The notes under the pieces are model-generated. The model was not told the DNA's origin. It saw nothing but the letters and a program-made list of their open reading frames with translations, and ran no database searches. 64,000 nt of DNA from a virus (Duplodnaviria; Caudoviricetes): the IMG/VR virus record IMGVR_UViG_3300018430_000021, positions 192,001-256,000 of that record; one strand, given 5' to 3'. Positions 1 through 9,521 of this stretch are shown piece by piece (position 1 is the first letter of the stretch; each line of letters opens with the position of its first letter). The translations under genes were made by a program, and so were the position numbers.

Positions 1-984
1 ATGGCACCAGGCATACCTATTTCTACTGGCACTCATATGCAGTTTGAACTACAATCTGATATAACCGAATTTGAATTTGGTTGTGCAATGTCTGCTATGG
101 GTTGTATATCAAAATATGATAATTCTACTGGCTTAAGCCAATTAAAAGCTGTTAATGGTTCTTGGAAATATTGTAATAATATAGTAGATTTTGGTTATCC
201 TGGCGGTAATTCAAATAATTTATTTTATAATGCTAGTAGTCTTGAAACAATACCAAGTAGTTGGGAAGGTTTGGAAAGCGTAACATCATTTAATGCAAAT
301 AGCATGTTTTATAATTGTCAAAAACTTGTTTCTATCCCAAGTTCATTTAATCATCTTGGAAATAAATCATATACTGCTACTTGTAGCATGTTTTATAATT
401 GTTATGCACTAAAAAATGGACTTAAAACCTGGGAAAATCTGGATAATGTAACAACCGCAGATTCAATGTTTTATAATTGTGTTTCTCTGGAAAGTATACC
501 AGATAATTTTGAACATTTGGGTAATTTAATTGGTTGTCAATCAATGTTCTATAATTGTTATAAACTAAAAGAAGTTAAATCTTGGAATGGTATTAATGGT
601 ATATATAATGGATATAATATGTTTTATAATTGTTCTGGATTAAGCGCAATTCCTTCAACATTTAATGGCATTAATACTAAATTTAAAGCACCATCAATGT
701 TTCAAAATTGCTTTAATTTAAAATCTATACCAGCTGCATCAGAATGGGATAGTTTATTTCAAAGATTAACTGTTAGTAATTATCCTAATCCATGTAGTTC
801 AACTGATGTAGTATCTATATCAAACATTTTTAATGGATGTTCTGCTATTACTGGTACTGTAAAAGAAATATTAGATGTTTTTATTCGTTATAATATTTCA
901 AAAGCTGGACAATTTTATGGTTGTAGTGGTTTTAGTGATTATAATGAATGTCACGGTACATCAACATATAGTGGATATATTTAA
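1..984 (+). CDS. BspA/DUF285-like leucine-rich repeat protein (may be 5'-truncated at window edge)
   Basis: Repeated ~25-aa units with SMFYNC..L..IP motif; AT-rich; followed by a hairpin terminator. Confidence 0.75.
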   Translation: MAPGIPISTGTHMQFELQSDITEFEFGCAMSAMGCISKYDNSTGLSQLKAVNGSWKYCNNIVDFGYPGGNSNNLFYNASSLETIPSSWEGLESVTSFNANSMFYNCQKLVSIPSSFNHLGNKSYTATCSMFYNCYALKNGLKTWENLDNVTTADSMFYNCVSLESIPDNFEHLGNLIGCQSMFYNCYKLKEVKSWNGINGIYNGYNMFYNCSGLSAIPSTFNGINTKFKAPSMFQNCFNLKSIPAASEWDSLFQRLTVSNYPNPCSSTDVVSISNIFNGCSAITGTVKEILDVFIRYNISKAGQFYGCSGFSDYNECHGTSTYSGYI

Positions 985-985
985 T

Positions 986-1016
986 AAAAAGACCTCATTA
1001 CGAGGTCTTTCTTTTT
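986..1016. terminator. Bidirectional intrinsic terminator
   Basis: AAAGACCTC-ATTAC-GAGGTCTTT inverted repeat between convergent genes. Confidence 0.8.
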
Positions 1017-1311
1017 AACATTCTGTTTTCTTATCGTACCAGTAGAAACCTACATGGTTTTCGTTTTCGTAATAATTGAAACAGTATCTGGATTTTTCAA
1101 GAGATGAACCGTGATTCATGATTTGAGTAATCGTAGAAGCAAGTTCAGTCGAATTTCGTTTGTATTGCATAAAAGCAATATCCAAATCTTTTTGCATTCC
1201 AGGAAGAACCTGCTTTGTAAAGAGCTCTCGTTCTTTTTCGGTCATTTCTGGAATTTCAAGTAATGTCAAATGCGGACTTTCGTCCATATAGTTTAAAGAT
1301 ACTTTTACCAT
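1015..1311 (-). CDS. hypothetical protein
   Basis: Tiles with neighbours, SD upstream. Confidence 0.6.
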   Translation of the reverse strand: MVKVSLNYMDESPHLTLLEIPEMTEKERELFTKQVLPGMQKDLDIAFMQYKRNSTELASTITQIMNHGSSLEKSRYCFNYYENENHVGFYWYDKKTEC

Positions 1312-1322
1312 TTTATTTTCCT

Positions 1323-1931
1323 TTAAAGTTTTGGAAATCCTATTACATCTATAATACCGACTTTTCGAGCTTCTTCGGCAGACATGTAATAGTCCTTTTC
1401 AAGTTTTTTTGTAAACCAGGAAGCAGTTTTGGAAGAGTGTCTAGCAAGAATCTTAGAAAACGCTTCATTGGTTACAGTTAATTCTTTCTTACAAATATCA
1501 ATACTGTCAATATGACCGTCAATGTCGTCATAGTAACTGTTGTGAATCATGACTCTGGAATTCTTTGTACAGAACCTTGCACCTTCTGTACCGTTAGCAA
1601 GAATAATAGAAGCCATACTGGAACATTCGCCACAAGCAACGGTCCAGACTTCGATTCCACAATCTTTCAAACAGTCAATAGCATCAACAACAGCCATACC
1701 AGAAGTGGTATCGCCGCCTTCTGAATTGATAAAGATACATACACGTTTTCCAGAATTGTCATTCCAGTAAACGAGATATTTTAGAATATCAGAAACACTT
1801 TCCTCGTTAATCGGACCCTCAAGCCAGAGAATACGGTTTTCAAGGAAATATGTATCGCGGGAAAGCTCAATGTCATTATCCATTTTTTCTTCTCGTTTCT
1901 GTTGTTTATTCTTTTTAAATATTCCGCTCAT
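1323..1931 (-). CDS. clpP: ATP-dependent Clp protease proteolytic subunit
   Basis: RILWLEGPIN, INSEGG, CSSMAS (catalytic Ser), RVMIH, DYYMSAEEA..GIID motifs. Confidence 0.92.
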   Translation of the reverse strand: MSGIFKKNKQQKREEKMDNDIELSRDTYFLENRILWLEGPINEESVSDILKYLVYWNDNSGKRVCIFINSEGGDTTSGMAVVDAIDCLKDCGIEVWTVACGECSSMASIILANGTEGARFCTKNSRVMIHNSYYDDIDGHIDSIDICKKELTVTNEAFSKILARHSSKTASWFTKKLEKDYYMSAEEARKVGIIDVIGFPKL

Positions 1932-1932
1932 T

Positions 1933-2799
1933 TCAACCTCCGATTGTACCTAAATCTAACCTGCCGCTACACGGTGTAAACGTCATTTCACCGAAGTATG
2001 GTCTTCCGCCGACATAATAAAAATCTACTCTCACAAAGTCAAAAGGTTTCGCCATAATTTCTACATAAGGAATCATGGAATCAATCATTTCTTTTTGCTT
2101 CTTATTTAGATTATCCATGGCCGGTTTTACACCGATATACCAAGGATTCTGTTTTCCTTCCTTATCTACAAATGCGATATATTCTTCAAGATTCTTTCCG
2201 AGTTTCTTGGTCAAAGAAATTCCTTCGATATTGCCGTTGATGCACCAGAAACCGTAATCGGTTGGTGTATCGACAAGGATCTTTTGGAATAAAACACCAG
2301 CCGGCATTTTTTCATACTGGGCTTCATATCCGGCAATATAGGCGTATTTCAGATTACTCCATTCAGCTATTTTCTGAACTACATGTTCGATAACCTTGTC
2401 GTTTACAGTATTGACTTTAATATTCCAGCCGCTGCCGTGAGTCATCTTTACAATCATTCCGGGTTGTAAGTATTTCTTACATGTATCGAAATCAATAGGA
2501 CCACCCCAATGCATAAACGGCGTAGGAATCTTAAGTTCTGGTGCAATATGATTCTGGGCATAATATTTATCAGCCCATTTGGAACAAAGGTCACAATACT
2601 TTTCATCGGTAGCTATTCTGAGTTTTTGCTTACAGATAATATCGACGACATTGGAAGGATTATCGACATTGGCCCAAGGTACATTTTCCTTAAGCCAGTC
2701 CTTGCAATACTGTACCTTGTCTTCTGCGAATCTGCAGGAGTTATAGACACTTTGATGTTTTCCGGCGAGCCATTCTTGTTTGTATTCTTCTTCTGTCAT
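1933..2799 (-). CDS. TupA-like ATP-grasp protein
   Basis: ADKY, VKMTHGSGWN, FDFVRVDFY...YFGEMTFTPCSG motifs. Confidence 0.85.
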   Translation of the reverse strand: MTEEEYKQEWLAGKHQSVYNSCRFAEDKVQYCKDWLKENVPWANVDNPSNVVDIICKQKLRIATDEKYCDLCSKWADKYYAQNHIAPELKIPTPFMHWGGPIDFDTCKKYLQPGMIVKMTHGSGWNIKVNTVNDKVIEHVVQKIAEWSNLKYAYIAGYEAQYEKMPAGVLFQKILVDTPTDYGFWCINGNIEGISLTKKLGKNLEEYIAFVDKEGKQNPWYIGVKPAMDNLNKKQKEMIDSMIPYVEIMAKPFDFVRVDFYYVGGRPYFGEMTFTPCSGRLDLGTIGG

Positions 2800-2806
2800 T
2801 TTCTAC

Positions 2807-3961
2807 CTATAAGTTTGCAAGTGCTTCGTATTCTTTATATTCGTCACGGTAATGCGTAAGGATGTTATAGAACGTTTCTGGCGGGTGTCGTTTTTCATTC
2901 GGAGAATTGATAATCTTTCCTACATATGAATAGTAATAGTGCCACAAGATAAGGATGATTCTTGTACATGCATTACGCATATAGAATTCCGTCCAGATAG
3001 TTCCATAAATTGAAAGGTCATAAATGGATTCTTCGTAGTCCCTGTCGCGTTCGATATGACCGTCTTCGAAAGTAAACTGATAATCGCTCGGTTTATTTCC
3101 AGGAAGGCAATAATGGAGCATGTCAGTATTTGGAATATTAAACGGGTCATGGAATTCTTCGTTAGCCCAACTATAAACACGAACATTCAACGAAGAATGC
3201 TTTTCGACATGGAAATAGTCGGTATTCGCATAGAGATAAACGTAGAAAGACTCGTCGCTTCCGAAAATATTATGGTGTTCAAACCAGAAAGAATTCCTGT
3301 ATCTTTCAAATTCTTCTTCGAAATGGTTTTCTCGGAAATCCTTTGAATAATAGACTAGACCGCCATTTGGCCAAAGAATATTAAAATCTATTTCATTCTT
3401 GGAGATGTTACGGATTTCATTAAGAAGCGTATGGAAATTCATCTTATGTGCCTTGGCGACACAGAAAATAAACGACTTTAATGTACCGGAACAAATCGTA
3501 GTCCCATCATAAGATTCGAATAATTGAATTCCGGTATTTGTGATAATGTGCTTTTCCCAGTCTACCTTTTTAACAAAAAGCATATCGGTATCGCAGATAA
3601 TAATATCTTCGCCCTTTGCTATATTCTTAATGCAGTATACCTTAGCATTATAGATATTTTCCTGCGAGGTAAACGTATGTGCCGAAGTGGGAGTTTTCTT
3701 GTCGGCCAATCCTATATAATTATTCTGGTTAAATACTTCATATTTGTCGACAACCTGATAGGAAATCAGATTGCCACAATTTTCATAAAACAGGAATTCA
3801 TCCAATAACTTTTTTGTCGAAAGATGCGTAATAGCGACAATAATCGGAAGCGTATTTCCGTGCATAATGTAGCTTTTGAGAATTGTCAAAAGTAGCTTAT
3901 GGTCATTATCCGGAATTTCAGTATAGCCACAATTATAGAGGAACGGTATAACTAGTTTCAT
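2807..3961 (-). CDS. putative GT-A glycosyltransferase
   Basis: IIICDTDMLF (DxD), PNGGLVY, SDESF, MLHY motifs. Confidence 0.6.
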   Translation of the reverse strand: MKLVIPFLYNCGYTEIPDNDHKLLLTILKSYIMHGNTLPIIVAITHLSTKKLLDEFLFYENCGNLISYQVVDKYEVFNQNNYIGLADKKTPTSAHTFTSQENIYNAKVYCIKNIAKGEDIIICDTDMLFVKKVDWEKHIITNTGIQLFESYDGTTICSGTLKSFIFCVAKAHKMNFHTLLNEIRNISKNEIDFNILWPNGGLVYYSKDFRENHFEEEFERYRNSFWFEHHNIFGSDESFYVYLYANTDYFHVEKHSSLNVRVYSWANEEFHDPFNIPNTDMLHYCLPGNKPSDYQFTFEDGHIERDRDYEESIYDLSIYGTIWTEFYMRNACTRIILILWHYYYSYVGKIINSPNEKRHPPETFYNILTHYRDEYKEYEALANL

Positions 3962-4026
3962 ATCATGGTAAATATAGAAAAAACATGCTGGTTTGTAACC
4001 TGCATGAGCATGTTTTTCTAAAAATA

Positions 4027-4947
4027 TTAAAATAAAGAATTAATAAAATCCAGAACTTTTTGAAAAAATGATTTTGTCACTTTTTCTTCTTTTTTGACAA
4101 CTTTGCGAACTTCGGTAAACTTGATATTTTCTGTTTTTACTGGTTCTTGTTTGACTTCTACGACCGGTTCTTTGACAGGTTCTGGTTCTGGAATTACCTT
4201 CGGCTTCGTATCTTCAATCCATTGGTCTTCGACGAAACGGATCTGTTCATACGGGAAATCGAACTTGTCCTTGCGTACCTGTGTATGCGTGAAGATTCCG
4301 CAGAAGTTTTGAGCTTCTTTGTCGTTTTCAAACATACCGTCGAGCTTGTAGTTGTGTTGAATTCCGCAAGCTTCGCAAAGGTAGTTAACAAGGTCATAGA
4401 TAGCGTTCTTCTGGTCTACCGTAAGTCTGGAATAATAATCATATCCTCGGAAGCTTATGTTTTCGACATGTCTATCTTCGGTACAATACAACTGCTTGTA
4501 GGCATTGTAATAACCGTCTTCTTTCTTGGTCAAAGGACCATAGTTAGATACTTCGATTCCGATAGCGGACTTGCTCATTTTAGAATTAGTACCTACACAG
4601 CCAGAGCCGAGATGATATGACCAGTTTTTTCCAGAATCCAACGGAATAAGATTATAGATTCTACCATGTCTGTCGATAACATAATGTACGGACATATGGT
4701 TATTCGGTTTTGTCAGAGTAGCGACATCGCCAGAAATGGTTCCAACCGTAAAATGGAGGCATATTTGTGTCTTCTTTGCGGTTGTCGTGTAGTAGTAACT
4801 AGAATCGGCCATTTTAAGCACATAAATGCTTGTTCTAGGTGTTATTTTAATTTCCCTTTCTATCTGGTAGGTCTTACCGGATGAGTCCTTATGACGCGTG
4901 AAAAAGGTATTTTCTTTTGATTCTAAGGTATCTACTATTGCACTCAT
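4027..4947 (-). CDS. N-acetylmuramoyl-L-alanine amidase (Amidase_2), candidate endolysin
   Basis: ICLHFT, SVHYVID, WSYHLG, AIGIEV, IFTH...KFD motifs; late-promoter variant CATAAATA upstream. Confidence 0.85.
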   Translation of the reverse strand: MSAIVDTLESKENTFFTRHKDSSGKTYQIEREIKITPRTSIYVLKMADSSYYYTTTAKKTQICLHFTVGTISGDVATLTKPNNHMSVHYVIDRHGRIYNLIPLDSGKNWSYHLGSGCVGTNSKMSKSAIGIEVSNYGPLTKKEDGYYNAYKQLYCTEDRHVENISFRGYDYYSRLTVDQKNAIYDLVNYLCEACGIQHNYKLDGMFENDKEAQNFCGIFTHTQVRKDKFDFPYEQIRFVEDQWIEDTKPKVIPEPEPVKEPVVEVKQEPVKTENIKFTEVRKVVKKEEKVTKSFFQKVLDFINSLF

Positions 4948-4950
4948 GAA

Positions 4951-5712
4951 TTATTTATGAGTGTGACCTTTTATTACCTCTATCATTATGTTTATGGCTT
5001 TCTTTGCATGGTCTAAAACATCTTTCTTTTGAAGAGAACTGATAACATAAAGTTCCAGACCTCTGAAAAAAGATATAACGGCAAAACCTTCATTTTCCTT
5101 ATAACCGATAACCAGCTTCGAGTTATCTGCAAGGTCATTGAATGTATAGGTATGACTGAGCTCACCAACATCGTCGTTGACTATGGTATCAGCATCGAAG
5201 TTATTTTCGGTTCTTTTTTCGAATTTGAACTTACATGTTTCGGTCAGATAGCGTTCAATATCGTCGAATACGGTAAGATCCAGGCAATCGATAGCGAAAG
5301 CATTGCGTTCGTTGATTTTGATATTATAAAGCCTGTAAAGTTCCTTTTCGACTAAATCGCAATAATCTGCAATTTCTTCTATGGCTAACATGGGTTCATG
5401 GATAATCTTGGCAAGAAGGTTATCCTTGTCCTTAAAATGTTCTTCGAATGTGGTAATACCGCGAAGCTTGGTTGTGTTAGAATAGTCCATGATGGAATAA
5501 TTAACATCGTCAACCTTTACTATGGTAAATACAAAATCAGTATTTGTATATTTAGGGCCGTTATGGTAGAAATCTGCAAGTTTCTTATCTGCAAGGTGTC
5601 TGGAAAATGAAAATTCATCATCACGAATATAGATATACCATGAAACCGGATGGAGCGTACAGGCTCTTTCCAATTCTTTGAAGATTGGATCTATTACTTT
5701 GGTATTTGCCAT
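4951..5712 (-). CDS. hypothetical protein
   Basis: Long ORF tiling the operon. Confidence 0.7.
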   Translation of the reverse strand: MANTKVIDPIFKELERACTLHPVSWYIYIRDDEFSFSRHLADKKLADFYHNGPKYTNTDFVFTIVKVDDVNYSIMDYSNTTKLRGITTFEEHFKDKDNLLAKIIHEPMLAIEEIADYCDLVEKELYRLYNIKINERNAFAIDCLDLTVFDDIERYLTETCKFKFEKRTENNFDADTIVNDDVGELSHTYTFNDLADNSKLVIGYKENEGFAVISFFRGLELYVISSLQKKDVLDHAKKAINIMIEVIKGHTHK

Positions 5713-5715
5713 TAA

Positions 5716-6423
5716 TTACCGTTTGATAAAATATTTTTTGTTTCCAACGCTGAAACTCTTGAGCCAAGGCGCAGCATACTTGATAAGTGTCTTCCAGGAG
5801 AACTTCCAGTATTTCTTTGTACGTTTCATGGGAAGTTCATAGAGTGCGTCAATGCATTCCTTCAAATCATCCATTTCTGCCGTGGAAGTACAGATACGGT
5901 TTAAATAACCCCAGACATCTCCATGACGGATGAAATAGAAAACATTGTCGCTGTTGACGAGGATAACTCCGAGTTTTCCCTTCGTAGTTCCCCAACAGAT
6001 TTGGCCGTTCGGAAGAGAACAGTAACCTGTAAAGTAAGGCGAGATAACGCCATTGTCGAGAAGATAATCCAGACACTGTTTCGCTGTCATGGACTGCATC
6101 TTCTTTGAAATAATAATATTCTTTTTGGCCTTAAGGTCATCGGCCTTGGATTCGTACTTAAGGATAGAATCAATAACGGTCCTGGTAATAACTTCGGTAT
6201 CGTAACTGTCGATATAAAGGCGTTGGAAACCGCGGATTTCTACCATTGAGCCGACATTGATAACGTCGTAGTCATTGTAGGTATAAAGGTCCGGACTGAA
6301 TGTACCGACGATAATTCCGTCATATACCAGTCTGGTCATATCCGTTTCACGCTTCGTCGTGATGTGATAGCCCTTTTCCTTGAACAGGTTTAACAATTCC
6401 TCGATATTGATTTGTGTGTACAT
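5716..6423 (-). CDS. hypothetical protein
   Basis: Long ORF tiling the operon. Confidence 0.7.
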   Translation of the reverse strand: MYTQINIEELLNLFKEKGYHITTKRETDMTRLVYDGIIVGTFSPDLYTYNDYDVINVGSMVEIRGFQRLYIDSYDTEVITRTVIDSILKYESKADDLKAKKNIIISKKMQSMTAKQCLDYLLDNGVISPYFTGYCSLPNGQICWGTTKGKLGVILVNSDNVFYFIRHGDVWGYLNRICTSTAEMDDLKECIDALYELPMKRTKKYWKFSWKTLIKYAAPWLKSFSVGNKKYFIKR

Positions 6424-6431
6424 AGGTTTCC

Positions 6432-6728
6432 TTATTTAAGATCCAATGGAACAAAAGCGCTTGAGTGACAATTCTGCGGGTCTTCGAGTTCATAAACACC
6501 CATGTCACGTAAAACATTAGGAAGTTCCTTGAAGGAACATGTCCTGTCGTTAAAATCAATACATTCGGTCTTAATGGTAGCGTTCTGTGTAGCTACGTCA
6601 TAAGTGATAGTAAATTTCTTGGAACCGTTTATGTATTTAGTAACGAAGAATTCGCTAGCATAGAAATGCTTGAGCTTTCCTTCGATATTCTTGAATTTCC
6701 ATAATGCAAAAACGTCAATGCCCATCAT
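6432..6728 (-). CDS. hypothetical protein
   Basis: Tiling ORF. Confidence 0.6.
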   Translation of the reverse strand: MMGIDVFALWKFKNIEGKLKHFYASEFFVTKYINGSKKFTITYDVATQNATIKTECIDFNDRTCSFKELPNVLRDMGVYELEDPQNCHSSAFVPLDLK

Positions 6729-6729
6729 A

Positions 6730-6927
6730 TTAGAACCTTATAGTAAAAGTAAAGGACTGATAACCTTCTGCAATTTTAACCCAGTTAGGTGCGATTTCGA
6801 AATACTTATATTTTACTGTATTAGAATTCCAGAAGTCAATCTCCTGGCAGAACTGCGTTGTAAAGAACGGAGAGCAACAGCACCCGAATGAACAGAGAAA
6901 TAACAGTAACAATATAATCTTTCTCAT
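6730..6927 (-). CDS. small putative lipoprotein or secreted protein (start probably MRKIILLL)
   Basis: Signal-peptide-like N-terminus with Cys, just downstream of promoter at 6935-6966. Confidence 0.5.
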   Translation of the reverse strand: MRKIILLLLFLCSFGCCCSPFFTTQFCQEIDFWNSNTVKYKYFEIAPNWVKIAEGYQSFTFTIRF

Positions 6928-6949
6928 AGTATTAAATATAGCAAAAAAC

Positions 6950-7396
6950 TTACTTTTTGTCAACCTTCTTTTTGGTTTTCTTATTATTTATGGCCATGTT
7001 CTTTTGTACACGGACCGGCATAATCTGGTCAAGGTCGGCGTCACCTATTGCATTGACGAGAATTTTCAGCTTATGCATGATTTCGTTCTTATTCTTGGAA
7101 TATTCAATCATGGCCGTTAAGTCCTTAAGTCTTATGGCCCAACGGTATTCATTGTAGTATTTCAGACTGACTTTCTTTACGTTAAATCCGGACTGTAAAA
7201 GTTCTACATCCGGATAGGCCTTCGCGAGCAAGTGATGGGCGATAAGGTGTTCTTTTGGTGTAAGGTAAATCCAATTTGTTGGAACATCTGGACCGCCGAG
7301 GGACTGTGGAATAATATGATGCTTATCGTAGAGAATCGATGGTTCCCTACCTGCAGCTTTGGAAATAATCGCGAAGTAAATTTTCAAATAATTCAT
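6950..7396 (-). CDS. HNH endonuclease
   Basis: DKHHIIPQSLGG...N...LTPKEHLIAHHLL. Confidence 0.85.
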   Translation of the reverse strand: MNYLKIYFAIISKAAGREPSILYDKHHIIPQSLGGPDVPTNWIYLTPKEHLIAHHLLAKAYPDVELLQSGFNVKKVSLKYYNEYRWAIRLKDLTAMIEYSKNKNEIMHKLKILVNAIGDADLDQIMPVRVQKNMAINNKKTKKKVDKK

Positions 7397-7465
7397 TTAT
7401 AAACCGTAATACACGATAATACAATTACTACTGCAGTAATTAGTAATATCGTAATGATGTCTGCT

Positions 7466-7759
7466 TTAGACTTCATATTTATAACCACGTTCCTTGAGGA
7501 TTTTTTGAATTTCTTCTTTAAGAATTGTATATGTTCCTAAGTCCATTCGCTGGTCGAGAAGATAGAGTAAATCGTCGTCAATATTTGTATATTCATGAGA
7601 CGCATCGTCAAGCTCAGATTCTAGTCTTTCAACTTCTTCCTTATTAGAATCGTTTTCACGTTCGAGGTCGTCATACTTTTCCTGAAGGTCATCTGCATAA
7701 CTCTTGATACGTTCGACAATATCTTCAAAATCATTGCTGTCGTTAAAATAAAGTGACAT
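7466..7759 (-). CDS. hypothetical coiled-coil protein
   Basis: ORF with SD GGAG. Confidence 0.65.
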   Translation of the reverse strand: MSLYFNDSNDFEDIVERIKSYADDLQEKYDDLERENDSNKEEVERLESELDDASHEYTNIDDDLLYLLDQRMDLGTYTILKEEIQKILKERGYKYEV

Positions 7760-7835
7760 AATAAAAATCTCCTTGAAACAAATATAGTAATTATTCCAAG
7801 GAGATTAAACTTAATCGGTAAAATATTTGGGTATT

Positions 7836-8633
7836 TTATAAAATGTCGTTATCGTAAAGGAATTCGGCAGATTCTACTGTCATTGCGTCTTCGAAATTGA
7901 ATTCATCATCGGCGAACAGATAGTTTCTGCGTCCGTTGTCATACATGTACTGGACGAAATCAGCAGCGGTAACATTCTTAAGGAACGAATACTTAATGTC
8001 GGACTGAGAAGATTCAACTGGTTTGTTTTCGAATCCGCCCATTGCTACATGCTGTGTAAATACCGGGTTTTTGTAATAGTTAACCTTGAAACCACGTCTT
8101 CTGAGAGAATTGATTTCTGGTCCGTAAAGCATCTTTACAAAAACACCAATCGGGAAATAAACCTTTTCGCCAGTCTTGTCGTCGACATAGTATGTGTCCT
8201 TGTAGACAAAGAACATACCATTGCTCTGGCGTTCAAGGCTCTTAAGTTTATTACCAGAAGTATATCGCATTAACGGATATTTAAACTTGAACTTGCTGTT
8301 GAGTTCTGCACATTTCTTTACAAATGCGGGTCCATGACCGGCAAGATTCTTGAAGTCGTCATTAACATGCGGGTCATATTCATCTTGCCAGGCGTGAATC
8401 ATCTCATGCACGATAGTATTTCTCATGATTTCTTCAGAAACACTTTGCATGTTAATATTGAAAGTGATATAATGAACATCATCTACTGTTTTTTCATGAG
8501 CATTCGTATCACTTTTGGCATTGTAAAGTTGCTTAGACCATTTAACAACGATAGGTAACTTTATTTCATTATTGAAATAAATCCTATTATAGCTTTTTAC
8601 TTTTCGTTGAAGTATGTCTAGTGTCCATTCCAT
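7836..8633 (-). CDS. SprT-like zinc metalloprotease
   Basis: YN..YF, TIVHEMIHAW, GHGPAF motifs. Confidence 0.85.
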   Translation of the reverse strand: MEWTLDILQRKVKSYNRIYFNNEIKLPIVVKWSKQLYNAKSDTNAHEKTVDDVHYITFNINMQSVSEEIMRNTIVHEMIHAWQDEYDPHVNDDFKNLAGHGPAFVKKCAELNSKFKFKYPLMRYTSGNKLKSLERQSNGMFFVYKDTYYVDDKTGEKVYFPIGVFVKMLYGPEINSLRRRGFKVNYYKNPVFTQHVAMGGFENKPVESSQSDIKYSFLKNVTAADFVQYMYDNGRRNYLFADDEFNFEDAMTVESAEFLYDNDIL

Positions 8634-8636
8634 AAA

Positions 8637-9440
8637 TTATCCAAAAATACGCTTGATTACATCACTAGGAGGGTCATCCGGGTCATATCCGTAAACTTCT
8701 TCATATTCTACAGCGTTGCTGGGAATATCGAGGTCGGGATATTTCGATGAAGCGATACGATATGCGGCGTCATAAGCGGCATGCGGGCCGTAGCTTCTGG
8801 AATCGTCTGCATTCATGTTAGAAAGAATCGCTTTTTCAACTGCTGGATCTGGGTCGGGAAGATAGTCGCTGTAATCTTCATTCAGCAAGTAGTTTTCTGC
8901 GAGAAGTGAAGCGGCAGCATCAAAAGCTGGATTGCTGGATTCATTGATATAGCCATTTCCAAGGCAAGTAGAAACCCACTTTAATACGTCTTCTTCGTTT
9001 TCGGTAGAAACGTAGGCAACACCACGCAATTTTTCTTGTTTCTTCTTATCGATACCACCGATAACACAATCGAAGTTGATTCCATTTACGCCGTTATTGA
9101 CATGAATCTGTAAGAACGGACCACCAATGACACCATCATCAGTAGTTCTGATTTGAATAGTCCTGTAATCATAACGCTTTACGAAATAATCGTAGTCTTC
9201 GAAACGATTACAAACTTCGTCAACCTTCGCAATAAGTTGGTTTGTATACTTTGCTTCCTGTTCTTCGCTTTTTTCGCGTTCACGACTAAAATTTTCAGGG
9301 CCTTCCATGTTATTCCATGATTTTTCAGAATCACGATAATTGTCTTCCTTTGTTCTCTTGTCGAGCGGATTGCTTACATCGCGGAATTCACAGAGATAAC
9401 CGGCCTGTTTTAAAATTTCTTGAGCTTCATTTAATTCCAT
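8637..9440 (-). CDS. putative internal head protein
   Basis: TATAAATA upstream; N-terminal MELNEAQEILKQAGYLCE motif shared with two other late genes. Confidence 0.55.
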   Translation of the reverse strand: MELNEAQEILKQAGYLCEFRDVSNPLDKRTKEDNYRDSEKSWNNMEGPENFSREREKSEEQEAKYTNQLIAKVDEVCNRFEDYDYFVKRYDYRTIQIRTTDDGVIGGPFLQIHVNNGVNGINFDCVIGGIDKKKQEKLRGVAYVSTENEEDVLKWVSTCLGNGYINESSNPAFDAAASLLAENYLLNEDYSDYLPDPDPAVEKAILSNMNADDSRSYGPHAAYDAAYRIASSKYPDLDIPSNAVEYEEVYGYDPDDPPSDVIKRIFG

Positions 9441-9463
9441 GATTTCTCCTTAAACTTTTATAT

Positions 9464-9471
9464 TATTTATA
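9464..9471 (-). promoter_or_regulatory. T4-type late promoter TATAAATA
   Basis: Exact match upstream of SD AGGAG and ATG at 9440. Confidence 0.75.
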
Positions 9472-9521
9472 AAAACCCAGGCTGTTAACCCGGGCTTTAT
9501 ATGGAGATGATAAAATCGGAA

